Sequence record: NC_070999.1
Direction: 5' to 3' (one strand)
DNA: 64,000 bases
Positions 27,309 to 35,940 of this stretch are shown in pieces. The notes under the pieces were generated by a model. It made no database searches. It saw nothing but the letters and a program-made list of their open reading frames with translations, and was not told the origin of the DNA. The translations under genes were made by a program, and so were the position numbers. Every line of letters begins with the position of its first letter. The first letter of the stretch is position 1.

Positions 27309-27908
27309 TTATTCTTGTAGGTGGGGTTTATAATAAATAGGTACTACTTTATCATCCATGTTTATTGATTTAATTAAAACACTCCCAGAACGCTCTGTAA
27401 CAGGATCTTTAGTATCAGGTATAGTGAGTGTCATCTCGTACCAATGGGTCTCTTCAAAGAGTTTATATACTGCTTCTACACTTGTTCTCCTTTCACTTAA
27501 TACTAATACTATTTCTTTAGTATCCGTTAAGTAATAAACACCACTATCTAACCCTTGTTCCTTAATAGTTGTTAGAATAGTTTCAGTTGTAAACTCACCT
27601 TCTAAAACAACTTCTTGATCTTTCAGGATAGTTTCAAAATCTACTTTTTCCAATAAAGCATCAGCGTGGAAGAACCCTCTACTTCTTGATACAAAGCAAG
27701 CTCTGATCTTACCATTATCAAACTTAACAGCAGGTTCTATTTGTACGTCCATGTAACGAAGATTTTCATATCTCTGTTTAGCGACTTTGATCCTTTCTTC
27801 ATTACCTTCTGTGATAATGAGCGTTAATTGATTTTCTAGATATTTCTTTATTGAACTAAATAATGGATCATAAATCTTCTTACGCTTAATAGATTCTTCA
27901 TAAATCAT
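27309..27908 (-). CDS. DP..RY N-module protein (paralog of the ORF 14888 N-terminus)
   Basis: KIYDPLFSSIKKYL...G...AKQRYENL aligns without gaps to KINDPLFSIVKQFF...G...ADTRYSDL; AAGGA RBS. Confidence 0.75.
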   Translation of the reverse strand: MIYEESIKRKKIYDPLFSSIKKYLENQLTLIITEGNEERIKVAKQRYENLRYMDVQIEPAVKFDNGKIRACFVSRSRGFFHADALLEKVDFETILKDQEVVLEGEFTTETILTTIKEQGLDSGVYYLTDTKEIVLVLSERRTSVEAVYKLFEETHWYEMTLTIPDTKDPVTERSGSVLIKSINMDDKVVPIYYKPHLQE

Positions 27909-27981
27909 GTTAATTCCTTACTTAGTGTACTATTCTAAGAAGAATGTTAAAAGTCATTCAAACGATCTTAAATTGATAACT

Positions 27982-28013
27982 CTATATTTTTTCAAGTAGA
28001 TATTATTAAGTTG
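27982..28013 (+). promoter_or_regulatory. phage early promoter motif (copy 5)
   Basis: CTATATTTTTTCAAGTAGATATTATTAAGTTG. Confidence 0.75.
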
Positions 28014-28041
28014 AGTAAGTATAGAGTATTAAGGAATATGC

Positions 28042-28545
28042 ATGTCAAATACTGTTTTCATAAGTGATCTACATTTAGATCATCCAAAGGCTTTGCAAGT
28101 AAGAGGGTGGTTCCCCACCCTAAAGGAATACCAAGAATATGTTTGTGACATTTGGATTGATAAAGTAACTCCAAGAACCACTATATATCTTTTAGGTGAT
28201 ATTACTTTCACTTGGGAAGGTTTAAGCATTCTAAAGAAACTCCCAGGTAAAAAGCTACTTGTTGGTGGAAATCACGACCACACACGTAATTCAACTAGAG
28301 ATCTGTTAGAAGTCTATGATGAAATTTATGGACTTCATAGACATCGTTCTGGTCTGTGGTTAAGCCACGCCCCAATTCATCATTCTGAACTACGTGGTAA
28401 ATTGAATGTACATGGACATACACATGAAAAGATTATTCAGGATCCTCGTTATATAAATGTATGTATTGAACACCTAAGAGACGGCCCAGTTGATTTGGAG
28501 CTAATTAGATCAGGTGAATATAGAACATGGAGAGATAACAAATGA
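28042..28545 (+). CDS. calcineurin-like metallophosphoesterase
   Basis: SDLH, LGD, GNHD, LSH, HGHTH motifs all present. Confidence 0.9.
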   Translation: MSNTVFISDLHLDHPKALQVRGWFPTLKEYQEYVCDIWIDKVTPRTTIYLLGDITFTWEGLSILKKLPGKKLLVGGNHDHTRNSTRDLLEVYDEIYGLHRHRSGLWLSHAPIHHSELRGKLNVHGHTHEKIIQDPRYINVCIEHLRDGPVDLELIRSGEYRTWRDNK

Positions 28546-29015
28546 GCGAAGAGTCTATAGAAAGAGTAGAACTTGAATTTAAAACAAGGGTGAGATACCT
28601 TAAGTTTATATTGGAAGAAGATTACGATATCTTTTATCAGAAATGTCCAGATTCAGACAGAACCGATTTCTGTGTAAAAATGTTGGGGATTGTGGCCACA
28701 CATAAAGAAGCTGGAAGACACATTGTTCCTAAGTTACTCAACGTTCTAAACGCGGTTAACAATGGTAAACTTCGGACTCTTCTTTCTAATGAGAGAGATT
28801 ACCGTGAAACCAACATGTTGTTACAGACAGAATTTTGTAGGTCTATATTAACGGTGTTTAATAGAGGAAGTTTAACTTTCTCAGTTAAGAAAGATATAGA
28901 AATACCTGAAACAAGAATTGTCATAAAACACACTTTTGATCTGATGGTCTTTGTAGAAGCCATTAATCAATTTGTTAAAATCGAATCTGTTAAACCAATC
29001 TTTGCTGGAGAATAA
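28542..29015 (+). CDS. hypothetical protein
   Basis: GGAG RBS, ATGA overlap. Confidence 0.7.
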   Translation: MSEESIERVELEFKTRVRYLKFILEEDYDIFYQKCPDSDRTDFCVKMLGIVATHKEAGRHIVPKLLNVLNAVNNGKLRTLLSNERDYRETNMLLQTEFCRSILTVFNRGSLTFSVKKDIEIPETRIVIKHTFDLMVFVEAINQFVKIESVKPIFAGE

Positions 29016-29017
29016 TA

Positions 29018-30262
29018 ATGTCTGAAGCTTCTGTAATGAAAATGAATATAGATCCCTCTAAATGTCCATTTTGTAATTCACCTGAGGTAGAATACCCAAC
29101 CCCTCGCACTGTTTATTCTTGCGGGACTAGTGATTATGATGGACGACCAGAATCGGCAATGCAATCTGAAACGTGTAAAGAACGTGTGTTAGTTAAACCT
29201 GTTTATGTCACTCAGTTTGAAAAGAAGTTTGGTATTAAAGAAGAAGATTGCAAAAACCAATATGAACTGTGGTATTTCAAAACTCTTCTTTCTCTACTGG
29301 AAGATGGAACAGTTAAGGAAGATCGCACTAATACAGGAACACGCTCCATACCGTTCCATTCCTATCAGCACGATCTTCGTGAATCTTACCCATTGATGAA
29401 GTCCCGTTATTTGAATCCATTTAACCCGATTAAAGAAATGATCTGGATGTTAAGTGGTTCTTCTAATGTTAAGCCTCTTCAGGAAATGGGAGTTCCTTTC
29501 TGGGATTGTTTTGCTGATGAAGATGGAGAGCTGGGTCCTGTCTATGGTGTTCAGTGGCGTCATTGGAAAACCCCTGATGGTGAAGAAGTTGATCAAATTC
29601 AATATGTTCTTGATCTACTGGAGAATGAACCTACTTCACGACGTATGGTGGTTAACTGTTGGAACCCTTCATTCACCCCGGTTGCTAAAACAGCTCCTAA
29701 AGATAATCCAAAACTTGGGAAGATGAGTTTGACACCATGTCACTACTCATTCATTCTGACCGCGACACCAATGAATTTTGGTGATCGACTGAACACTTTC
29801 AAACACTCCCATACCGCTATCCATGCTAATCTTTATCCAATCTCTGGTAAAGGTTGGGCTGAACATGCTGAAGAAGTAATGGATCGTCATAACGTTCCTA
29901 AGTTCTATCTGGATCTTAGCTTCATCATGCGTTCTAATGATTTCGTTCTAGGTAACCCAGCTAACCTAAACGAATACGGCTCTCTGTGTATGATGTTTGC
30001 TCAGCAACGTAATATGGTTGCACGTTACGTCAACTATACAGGGATAGATGTTCACATTTATTCTGATCACATTACCGGTGTTAGAGATCAGATCGATTAC
30101 GCTAAGAAACATCCAGAGATCTTTACTGATAAACCAGCACAAATGTTTTTGATTGGTGATAAACCTGAAACCATCTTTGACTATACTGCCGATCATTTCT
30201 CAGTACAAGGTTATAGTAAAGAAAACACAGGTCCGGTAATTCGTTTCCCTATCGCTGTATAA
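29018..30262 (+). CDS. thyA: thymidylate synthase with N-terminal Cys4 extension
   Basis: DRTNTGT, GELGPVYGVQWRHW, SRRMVV, PCH catalytic motif, RSND...N (dUMP-specifying Asn), DVHIY. Confidence 0.92.
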   Translation: MSEASVMKMNIDPSKCPFCNSPEVEYPTPRTVYSCGTSDYDGRPESAMQSETCKERVLVKPVYVTQFEKKFGIKEEDCKNQYELWYFKTLLSLLEDGTVKEDRTNTGTRSIPFHSYQHDLRESYPLMKSRYLNPFNPIKEMIWMLSGSSNVKPLQEMGVPFWDCFADEDGELGPVYGVQWRHWKTPDGEEVDQIQYVLDLLENEPTSRRMVVNCWNPSFTPVAKTAPKDNPKLGKMSLTPCHYSFILTATPMNFGDRLNTFKHSHTAIHANLYPISGKGWAEHAEEVMDRHNVPKFYLDLSFIMRSNDFVLGNPANLNEYGSLCMMFAQQRNMVARYVNYTGIDVHIYSDHITGVRDQIDYAKKHPEIFTDKPAQMFLIGDKPETIFDYTADHFSVQGYSKENTGPVIRFPIAV

Positions 30263-30284
30263 CTAAATAAAGAGGTCGATTAAA

Positions 30285-30395
30285 ATGCTGTTTGGTGCTT
30301 TGTTGTTAATTGGTGTATTGTATCTTATTGGTGTTTTAATCGATCTTATCATTAATAAGAAAGATAAGAGACCTAAAGGTTTCAGGGAGGGATGA
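30285..30395 (+). CDS. small single-TM protein (36 aa, not in ORF track)
   Basis: GAGG RBS; MLFGALLLIGVLYLIGVLIDLIINKKDKRPKGFREG; ATGA overlap with the next gene. Confidence 0.6.
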   Translation: MLFGALLLIGVLYLIGVLIDLIINKKDKRPKGFREG

Positions 30396-30721
30396 GTGAT
30401 AAAAGGAATTTCTATACTAATTATCTTTGGGATGATTGTATTACCCTTTGTAATACTTATGGAGAAGACACTTTGAATTTAATTCTAGACTTTGTTTTGG
30501 GGTTTCTTCAGTTCGTTAAAGAGTACTGGATTACAGTAGTTCTGGTGTCAACTATCTTTATTATATTTGACATCATTGATCTGAAGAGACGTGAACACAA
30601 ATCAGTGCGTGTACATCGTGTAATGTTGTTCTGGTTGTTTGTCCAGTATAATGTTATCACAGTGGTATTCGGATACTTCCTTGTATTGATTGGTAAAACT
30701 TTTCACTTTATAGCAGGATAA
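30392..30721 (+). CDS. small membrane protein
   Basis: Two or three hydrophobic segments. Confidence 0.65.
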   Translation: MSDKRNFYTNYLWDDCITLCNTYGEDTLNLILDFVLGFLQFVKEYWITVVLVSTIFIIFDIIDLKRREHKSVRVHRVMLFWLFVQYNVITVVFGYFLVLIGKTFHFIAG

Positions 30722-30725
30722 TAAA

Positions 30726-30998
30726 ATGGACTTTATCACTTTCATTAGTAATCAAGGTTTCTTGTTCTGGGTTTTTCTGTTTCTAGCTTGCTTGTTTGCT
30801 TATCTTCTATCTGTTTTGAAAGTTATTCTGTTTGATGTAAGGGACACAAAACTTGCTTATGGTCCTTATTGTAAAAATCTGAAGTTGTTGTACAAACCTT
30901 ACAAACAGTGTTTCAGAGAAGCTTTTATAATGGAATGGAAAACGATGGTTCTATTCATCGTTCTTTACGTAGGTTTCTCTTACTATCAATTTGGTTAA
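30726..30998 (+). CDS. small 2-TM membrane protein
   Basis: Hydrophobic N- and C-terminal segments; AGGA RBS. Confidence 0.65.
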   Translation: MDFITFISNQGFLFWVFLFLACLFAYLLSVLKVILFDVRDTKLAYGPYCKNLKLLYKPYKQCFREAFIMEWKTMVLFIVLYVGFSYYQFG

Positions 30999-31004
30999 TT
31001 TATT

Positions 31005-31027
31005 AGGAGGTGGGAAACCCACCTCCT
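31005..31027 (+). terminator. hairpin, probable terminator
   Basis: AGGAGGTGGG-aaa-CCCACCTCCT; weak U-tract. Confidence 0.55.
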
Positions 31028-31056
31028 CTCTATGTTTCAATATAGGAATTTTAATA

Positions 31057-31707
31057 ATGAGTAAATTGGTTCTAGCATTTGATATGGATGACACTATCAC
31101 TCAAACCGGTCTGTATATCAACAAAAAGATCAAAGAGTTCTTCAAACAAAATGACATGAAAGAAGAACTGGAATACGTTCTTGCTAATGAAGAAAATGTT
31201 TCTACTATGTTGTATCCAGCTTGGATCAAGAAACACGTGGATAAAGAAATCATTGGTCCAGGTTTGTACATGCTTGAAGCTGGTAAGACAGCTCTGTGTT
31301 CAGCATTTTCTATTGGTACGCTAGAGGCACTGTTGGAACATCACGGTGAAGACATCATTGTCTCTGTTTGTTCACATCGCGGTTTTCACCCTTATGGTGA
31401 AATCTTTACACGTCAGTGGTTGGATGATAACGACCTTATTCATCTGTTTGACGATATACATATGTTGGACTCGGCTGTTCAACCAGATAAAGTTTCTTTC
31501 CTTAAGGAAACTTATCCCGATCATGAAATCCTTCTTATCGACGATAACCCCATGTCCAAACACTTGGGCGAAGTAATTCCTCATCATGAAGAAATTGTCA
31601 TTTACGATGAGGAACATAAACTTGATGCTTATGTAAATCAAACACGTTATCAATCCCCTAAACAACTCTCACGATTGATTATGAATCGACTGGAACGTCT
31701 TCTATAA
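31057..31707 (+). CDS. HAD-superfamily phosphatase (5'(3')-deoxyribonucleotidase-like)
   Basis: Likely start ATG 31057; FDMDDT motif I, CSHRG motif II, LLIDDNP motif IV. Confidence 0.75.
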   Translation: MSKLVLAFDMDDTITQTGLYINKKIKEFFKQNDMKEELEYVLANEENVSTMLYPAWIKKHVDKEIIGPGLYMLEAGKTALCSAFSIGTLEALLEHHGEDIIVSVCSHRGFHPYGEIFTRQWLDDNDLIHLFDDIHMLDSAVQPDKVSFLKETYPDHEILLIDDNPMSKHLGEVIPHHEEIVIYDEEHKLDAYVNQTRYQSPKQLSRLIMNRLERLL

Positions 31708-31718
31708 GGATAATAAAG

Positions 31719-32204
31719 ATGGAACTCAAATTCCTTTCCGTTAATCTCAATACCATTAAGAACGTACTTAATGAAAAACAGATCGCTAAAGTTATTGAAT
31801 TGCAAAACAACTTGATCAAATGGGAAATTGAAAACAAGAAACTTTTGTGTGATCAAGAAACTTTATCACCACTATCCACTGATATTACAGGATTACTCAG
31901 ACATGAGTGTCAAGTGCTTTATGTCGCTATTAATCCCGTTAACAATCTACCTGTAGCGATTACTGTAGCTGAACCTCATCCAGATAACAGGGATATTTGT
32001 GGATTGATGTCTGTTTGCGTTGAACCTATGTACAAACGGGAAGGAATTGGTTCTCAATTGATGAGTAAAATTAAAGAAGATCTTTCTAGTAATGGATTTA
32101 AAGAGATCGTTTTGTTTGTAGATTTCAGAAGTCCAGAAGCTTTGGGGTTCTATACAAGTTTAGGGTTTCAACTTACTTTTGCAAATGCTTCTTTAGGGAT
32201 TTAA
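31719..32204 (+). CDS. GNAT-family acetyltransferase
   Basis: VCVEPMYKREGIGSQLM (acetyl-CoA binding motif A) and ALGFYTSLGF (motif B). Confidence 0.85.
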   Translation: MELKFLSVNLNTIKNVLNEKQIAKVIELQNNLIKWEIENKKLLCDQETLSPLSTDITGLLRHECQVLYVAINPVNNLPVAITVAEPHPDNRDICGLMSVCVEPMYKREGIGSQLMSKIKEDLSSNGFKEIVLFVDFRSPEALGFYTSLGFQLTFANASLGI

Positions 32205-32205
32205 G

Positions 32206-32730
32206 ATGACTTGTCAGGTATCAATGATTTTTGCTAGTGATGAACAATACGCAATTGGTTATCGGAATGAGTTACCGTGGAAAAGTTGCCCAGAGGACAT
32301 GGAGTGGTTTAAACAGAACACTATGGGTAAAGTCGTAGTTATGGGTAGGCTAACCTACGAGTCTCTCCCAGCGCGATTTAGACCGCTTCCTGGACGTATC
32401 AATGTGGTTCTCACTTCTAACACTGAAACCTTTATTGATGCGATTGTTTCACCGTCTGTAGAAGCTGTATTAGAACGGTTTAAAGAAGAGAAAGAAATTG
32501 TAGTCATTGGTGGTGGAGAAGTCTACAAGTCTTTTGCTCCTTATATTACAAAAGTATATCAAACCAATATCCCTTATACTCATGATAATGACATTAGAAT
32601 GGAAGTAGAATGTCATGACTGGGATTTGGTTTATCACGATTCTCGTTTAGGTGAAGATGGACCGACATTCCAGATCTTTGAAAAGATGGATAGTAATGAC
32701 GAACTAGAAATCAATATTAGAAAATATTGA
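32206..32730 (+). CDS. folA: dihydrofolate reductase
   Basis: AIGYRNELPW, EDMEWFK, VVMGRLTYESLP, RPLPGRINVVLT, VIGGGEVY. Confidence 0.93.
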   Translation: MTCQVSMIFASDEQYAIGYRNELPWKSCPEDMEWFKQNTMGKVVVMGRLTYESLPARFRPLPGRINVVLTSNTETFIDAIVSPSVEAVLERFKEEKEIVVIGGGEVYKSFAPYITKVYQTNIPYTHDNDIRMEVECHDWDLVYHDSRLGEDGPTFQIFEKMDSNDELEINIRKY

Positions 32731-32732
32731 GT

Positions 32733-32764
32733 CTATAATTTTTCAGACATATATTATTACGTTG
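32733..32764 (+). promoter_or_regulatory. phage early promoter motif (copy 6)
   Basis: CTATAATTTTTCAGACATATATTATTACGTTG. Confidence 0.7.
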
Positions 32765-32798
32765 TATAAGTACAAAAGGTATTTAGGAGACCCCCCCG

Positions 32799-32900
32799 AT
32801 GAGTGAAGATAATAAAGTAGAAGAAGAGTGTAAAGAGTTTGGACTCAAACAACATGTTCCTGTTCCAGTTGGATTGAAGTTCCCTAAAGCTTTCGCTTAA
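32799..32900 (+). CDS. 33-aa ORF upstream of groEL (not in ORF track)
   Basis: AGGAGA-CCCCCCC-G-ATG; MSEDNKVEEECKEFGLKQHVPVPVGLKFPKAFA. Confidence 0.5.
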   Translation: MSEDNKVEEECKEFGLKQHVPVPVGLKFPKAFA

Positions 32901-32952
32901 AGTTTAGCACAAGTCTAGTAATGTAAACCTATAATTAAATAAGGATCTGATC

Positions 32953-34506
32953 ATGTCTATTTTGACCGAACAAACTTTTACTAATAAAGAAGAAACCAGA
33001 AAGATCATTGACGAAGTAATTCAAATGGCATATGAATCAGTTTGTAGCACCATGGGCCCAAACGGTTCTTATGTTGTTATCAACCAGCTCAATAAACCGA
33101 AACTCACCAAAGATGGTGTATCGGTTGCTAAAGCGCTGGACTTCAACGAAGCTCGTCGTAATCTCATTGCTGATGTGATCAAAGAACCTTCTATCAAAAC
33201 TGATCTGGAAGTCGGTGACGGCACCACCACTACTGTATTCCTGACTTACAATCTTTACAAAATGTTTAAAAACAAAATGAGTTTCGGTCAAACTCGTTTT
33301 GTGGACAAGCTGGTTAAAGAAGCGATAGAAGAGATCAATAAACTAATCATCCCAGGTGATATTCATTCTGATACATTCCGTAAGATGTTGATGACAACTT
33401 CTAACTACGAATCAGAAATCGTAGATAAGGTATTGGAGATTTATCAAACTCATGATAATCCCAATATCCGTTTGGAAAACTGTCCGACTCTTCCGGCTGA
33501 TCAGATTGTGGAAACCAAGGAGATTCTGTTCCCTGGTAATTATGGTAAAGATATCTTTACTCCTCCACATCCTGGTATTTTGAATGTTCCTCTGGAAGCT
33601 ATGTGTCCGGTAGTGATCGTTGATGGTGTTGTTAACATGATTGCTGTTAACAAACTCGTTGCTGCCTTTACCGGTTATAAGAATGTGGTAATGTTTGCAC
33701 GTAGTTTTGAACCTATTGCGCTGAGTGCTCTGCAATCTATTAATGGTCAAGGTACTACTAAGTTCATTCCGTTCAAAGTAGAAGCTGCTGGTTCGCTTGG
33801 TAGCAACATTCTATCTGAACTGGGTAAACTAATTGGTGTTACTCCTGTTGTAGGTGTGGAAGAGATCTATGATCGTGAAGCGGTAGAATTGGCTACAAGT
33901 TCATTTATCCTCACTACGCAAGGTGTTATGTTCACTAAAGAAGATCCAGCTATTAGTAAAGTCGCTGAAGAGATTCTTTCTGAACTTGTACCTCGTTATG
34001 AGAAGATGAATGCCATTGACAAACAAACTCCAATTGGGTTGTCTCTGTTCACCCGTATCTCTCGTTTGCGTGCTAACAATGTAACGATCAAAGTAACTGG
34101 TACTGTTCCATCAGAAGCCACTGAACGTTACTACCGTTATGAAGATGCAATGAAGGCTGCTAAGACTGGTTCTATTTATGGTATTCTGCCTGGTATCGGT
34201 TGGGCTTATTTGACTGTAGCTCAAACATTGCTGGAGAAGTATAACCAGATGGAATTGACCACAGAGCAAGAAGAGTTGGTACTTGACTTTACCTCGGTAC
34301 TTACCCAACCTTATCTTCACCTCACTGGTAACACACTGGATAATATCAAATTCCTTGATCTGGTAACAGGTGAGGAAGAAGACATTCCTACTAGTGTGTT
34401 TGATAATGCTGCCGCTACTATGACAGCGTTGACTGGTGGTTGGGCTTGCTGTAAGACACTGGCTAAGATTAATAACATTATGGGTCGTTCTAGTAAATCG
34501 TATTAA
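32953..34506 (+). CDS. groEL: phage GroEL-like chaperonin
   Basis: STMGPNG, TKDGVSVAK, VGDGTTT nucleotide-binding motif, RYEDA (catalytic Asp equivalent), GILPGIG; no GGM tail. Confidence 0.92.
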   Translation: MSILTEQTFTNKEETRKIIDEVIQMAYESVCSTMGPNGSYVVINQLNKPKLTKDGVSVAKALDFNEARRNLIADVIKEPSIKTDLEVGDGTTTTVFLTYNLYKMFKNKMSFGQTRFVDKLVKEAIEEINKLIIPGDIHSDTFRKMLMTTSNYESEIVDKVLEIYQTHDNPNIRLENCPTLPADQIVETKEILFPGNYGKDIFTPPHPGILNVPLEAMCPVVIVDGVVNMIAVNKLVAAFTGYKNVVMFARSFEPIALSALQSINGQGTTKFIPFKVEAAGSLGSNILSELGKLIGVTPVVGVEEIYDREAVELATSSFILTTQGVMFTKEDPAISKVAEEILSELVPRYEKMNAIDKQTPIGLSLFTRISRLRANNVTIKVTGTVPSEATERYYRYEDAMKAAKTGSIYGILPGIGWAYLTVAQTLLEKYNQMELTTEQEELVLDFTSVLTQPYLHLTGNTLDNIKFLDLVTGEEEDIPTSVFDNAAATMTALTGGWACCKTLAKINNIMGRSSKSY

Positions 34507-34516
34507 TGCGGGGTTT

Positions 34517-34542
34517 GATGGGGGAGATTCAACTCCCCCATC
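34517..34542 (+). terminator. intrinsic terminator hairpin
   Basis: GATGGGGGAG-attcaa-CTCCCCCATC then CTTTTT. Confidence 0.8.
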
Positions 34543-34566
34543 CTTTTTATAAACTGTTATTTATTT

Positions 34567-34836
34567 TTGTGTGAGGAAATGAAAATGAATATAGCGGCGA
34601 GGCGTAGAGCTAACTTATTGAGCAATACTAATCTGATACTAATGGTTAGTTTAGTTTTTATAGCTGGCGTGATGACATTAGTTAAGAGTGATCACTTTGG
34701 CTTATTTTTATTTGTTTTCACGTTAATCAGAGTTGGTCAAATGCTCTTTACTGATATCCGTTGGGTAATAAGTCCTATGACAATGTTTATCATTGTCTGC
34801 GCAGCAATAGGGAATGTTATCGGATATCTTCTTTAA
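34567..34836 (+). CDS. small multi-TM membrane protein
   Basis: Three hydrophobic segments; true start probably ATG 34579 or 34585. Confidence 0.6.
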   Translation: MCEEMKMNIAARRRANLLSNTNLILMVSLVFIAGVMTLVKSDHFGLFLFVFTLIRVGQMLFTDIRWVISPMTMFIIVCAAIGNVIGYLL

Positions 34837-34848
34837 AGGAATAAAGGG

Positions 34849-35127
34849 ATGAACTGTAGTCTAGAATTGAAAATAATTAAAAACGATTTCTTTAATTGGT
34901 TAGAAAATAATCTATTAAACTTTATATTCACAGTTATAGCAGCGGGATTAGTTAGCATTTTAGCTTACTATTATGTTCCTTATCATATTGGAACTGTCTA
35001 CGGACCTTTCTCAATAGTAGTTTTGGTTATTCAAGGATATAAGTCTAATTATATATTTCATCCATTAATGTTTCTTGTTTGGATAATCGCAGTAATTTGC
35101 GAAGTTACTAGAATCTTTATTATTTAG
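34849..35127 (+). CDS. small multi-TM membrane protein
   Basis: Three hydrophobic segments; AAGGG RBS. Confidence 0.6.
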   Translation: MNCSLELKIIKNDFFNWLENNLLNFIFTVIAAGLVSILAYYYVPYHIGTVYGPFSIVVLVIQGYKSNYIFHPLMFLVWIIAVICEVTRIFII

Positions 35128-35153
35128 ATTAATAACTTATAAAGGATAAATTT

Positions 35154-35846
35154 ATGGCAAAGAAACTTTATTTACACTACGGTCCTATGAACAGTTCTAA
35201 AACTGCTAGTTTGATTATGACACATTTTAATTATCGGGAACAAGGTCAAAACCCGATGATTCTAAAACCCAGTATCGATAATCGCGAAGGTACTGAATCT
35301 CTGGTTAAATGTCGTGCTGGGTTGAGCGCTGGCTGCGTTCTGTTTGAACAAACCGACAACCTTTTCACGTTGGCTGCTTCGCTGGCGGGTGCCAAAGATC
35401 GTCACATGGAAGTCTTCATGGCGAACACCATGCGGACCGTCCACAACCCAAACGGTCACTCCCTGCACGACTATAAGGTGGAATTCGGCAACAGCTTCGA
35501 AAAGACAGTTGATTGTTTCCTGATTGATGAAATTCAATTCCTTACATTGGAACAAGTTAAACAACTTACTGACATTGCAGATTACCTTGATATCCCAGTA
35601 ATGTGCTTTGGCCTTCGTAACGATTTCCAATCTAACCCGTTCCCTGCGTCGGCTTATCTTCAAGCTAATGCTGAGGAGCTAAAAGAAACTAAAGGTATGT
35701 GTTTCTGTAAGCGTAAAGCAACACACGTTCTTCGGGTAGATGACGAAGGTAATGTGATTAAAGAAGGTGAACAGATCTGTGTTGGCGGGGAAGATAGATA
35801 CCTCTCGGTATGTCGTTTCCACTGGAAAGCAGGTATTTACCGATAA
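35154..35846 (+). CDS. tdk: thymidine kinase (type II) with internal insertion
   Basis: YGPMNSSKT P-loop, LIDEIQFL, CFGLRNDF, Zn-site CFC...C, ICVGG..RYLSVCRFH. Confidence 0.92.
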   Translation: MAKKLYLHYGPMNSSKTASLIMTHFNYREQGQNPMILKPSIDNREGTESLVKCRAGLSAGCVLFEQTDNLFTLAASLAGAKDRHMEVFMANTMRTVHNPNGHSLHDYKVEFGNSFEKTVDCFLIDEIQFLTLEQVKQLTDIADYLDIPVMCFGLRNDFQSNPFPASAYLQANAEELKETKGMCFCKRKATHVLRVDDEGNVIKEGEQICVGGEDRYLSVCRFHWKAGIYR

Positions 35847-35856
35847 CATTTAAGAT

Positions 35857-35888
35857 CCATAGATTTTCAAACCTATATTACTATAGTG
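35857..35888 (+). promoter_or_regulatory. phage early promoter motif (copy 7)
   Basis: CCATAGATTTTCAAACCTATATTACTATAGTG, contains an exact TATATTAC. Confidence 0.7.
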
Positions 35889-35940
35889 ATAAATAGAAGA
35901 GATAATTTTAATCCCTTCTTTAACTTAACTAAATATAGGA

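Noticed and set aside
29018-30262. ThyA-like gene as a dCMP hydroxymethylase or other base-modification enzyme
   Set aside because: The RSND...N motif keeps the Asn that specifies dUMP (Asp in dCMP hydroxymethylases), DHFR is nearby, and no glycosyltransferase or other modification genes are seen.
32799-32900. Mini-ORF as a GroES co-chaperonin
   Set aside because: At 33 aa it is about a third of GroES length and lacks the beta-barrel and mobile-loop pattern.
35371-35500. tdk insertion as an intein or self-splicing intron
   Set aside because: It contains VHN but followed by Pro rather than Cys, Ser or Thr, has no N-terminal splicing block, and at ~40 aa or ~130 nt is far too short. It is in frame without stops.
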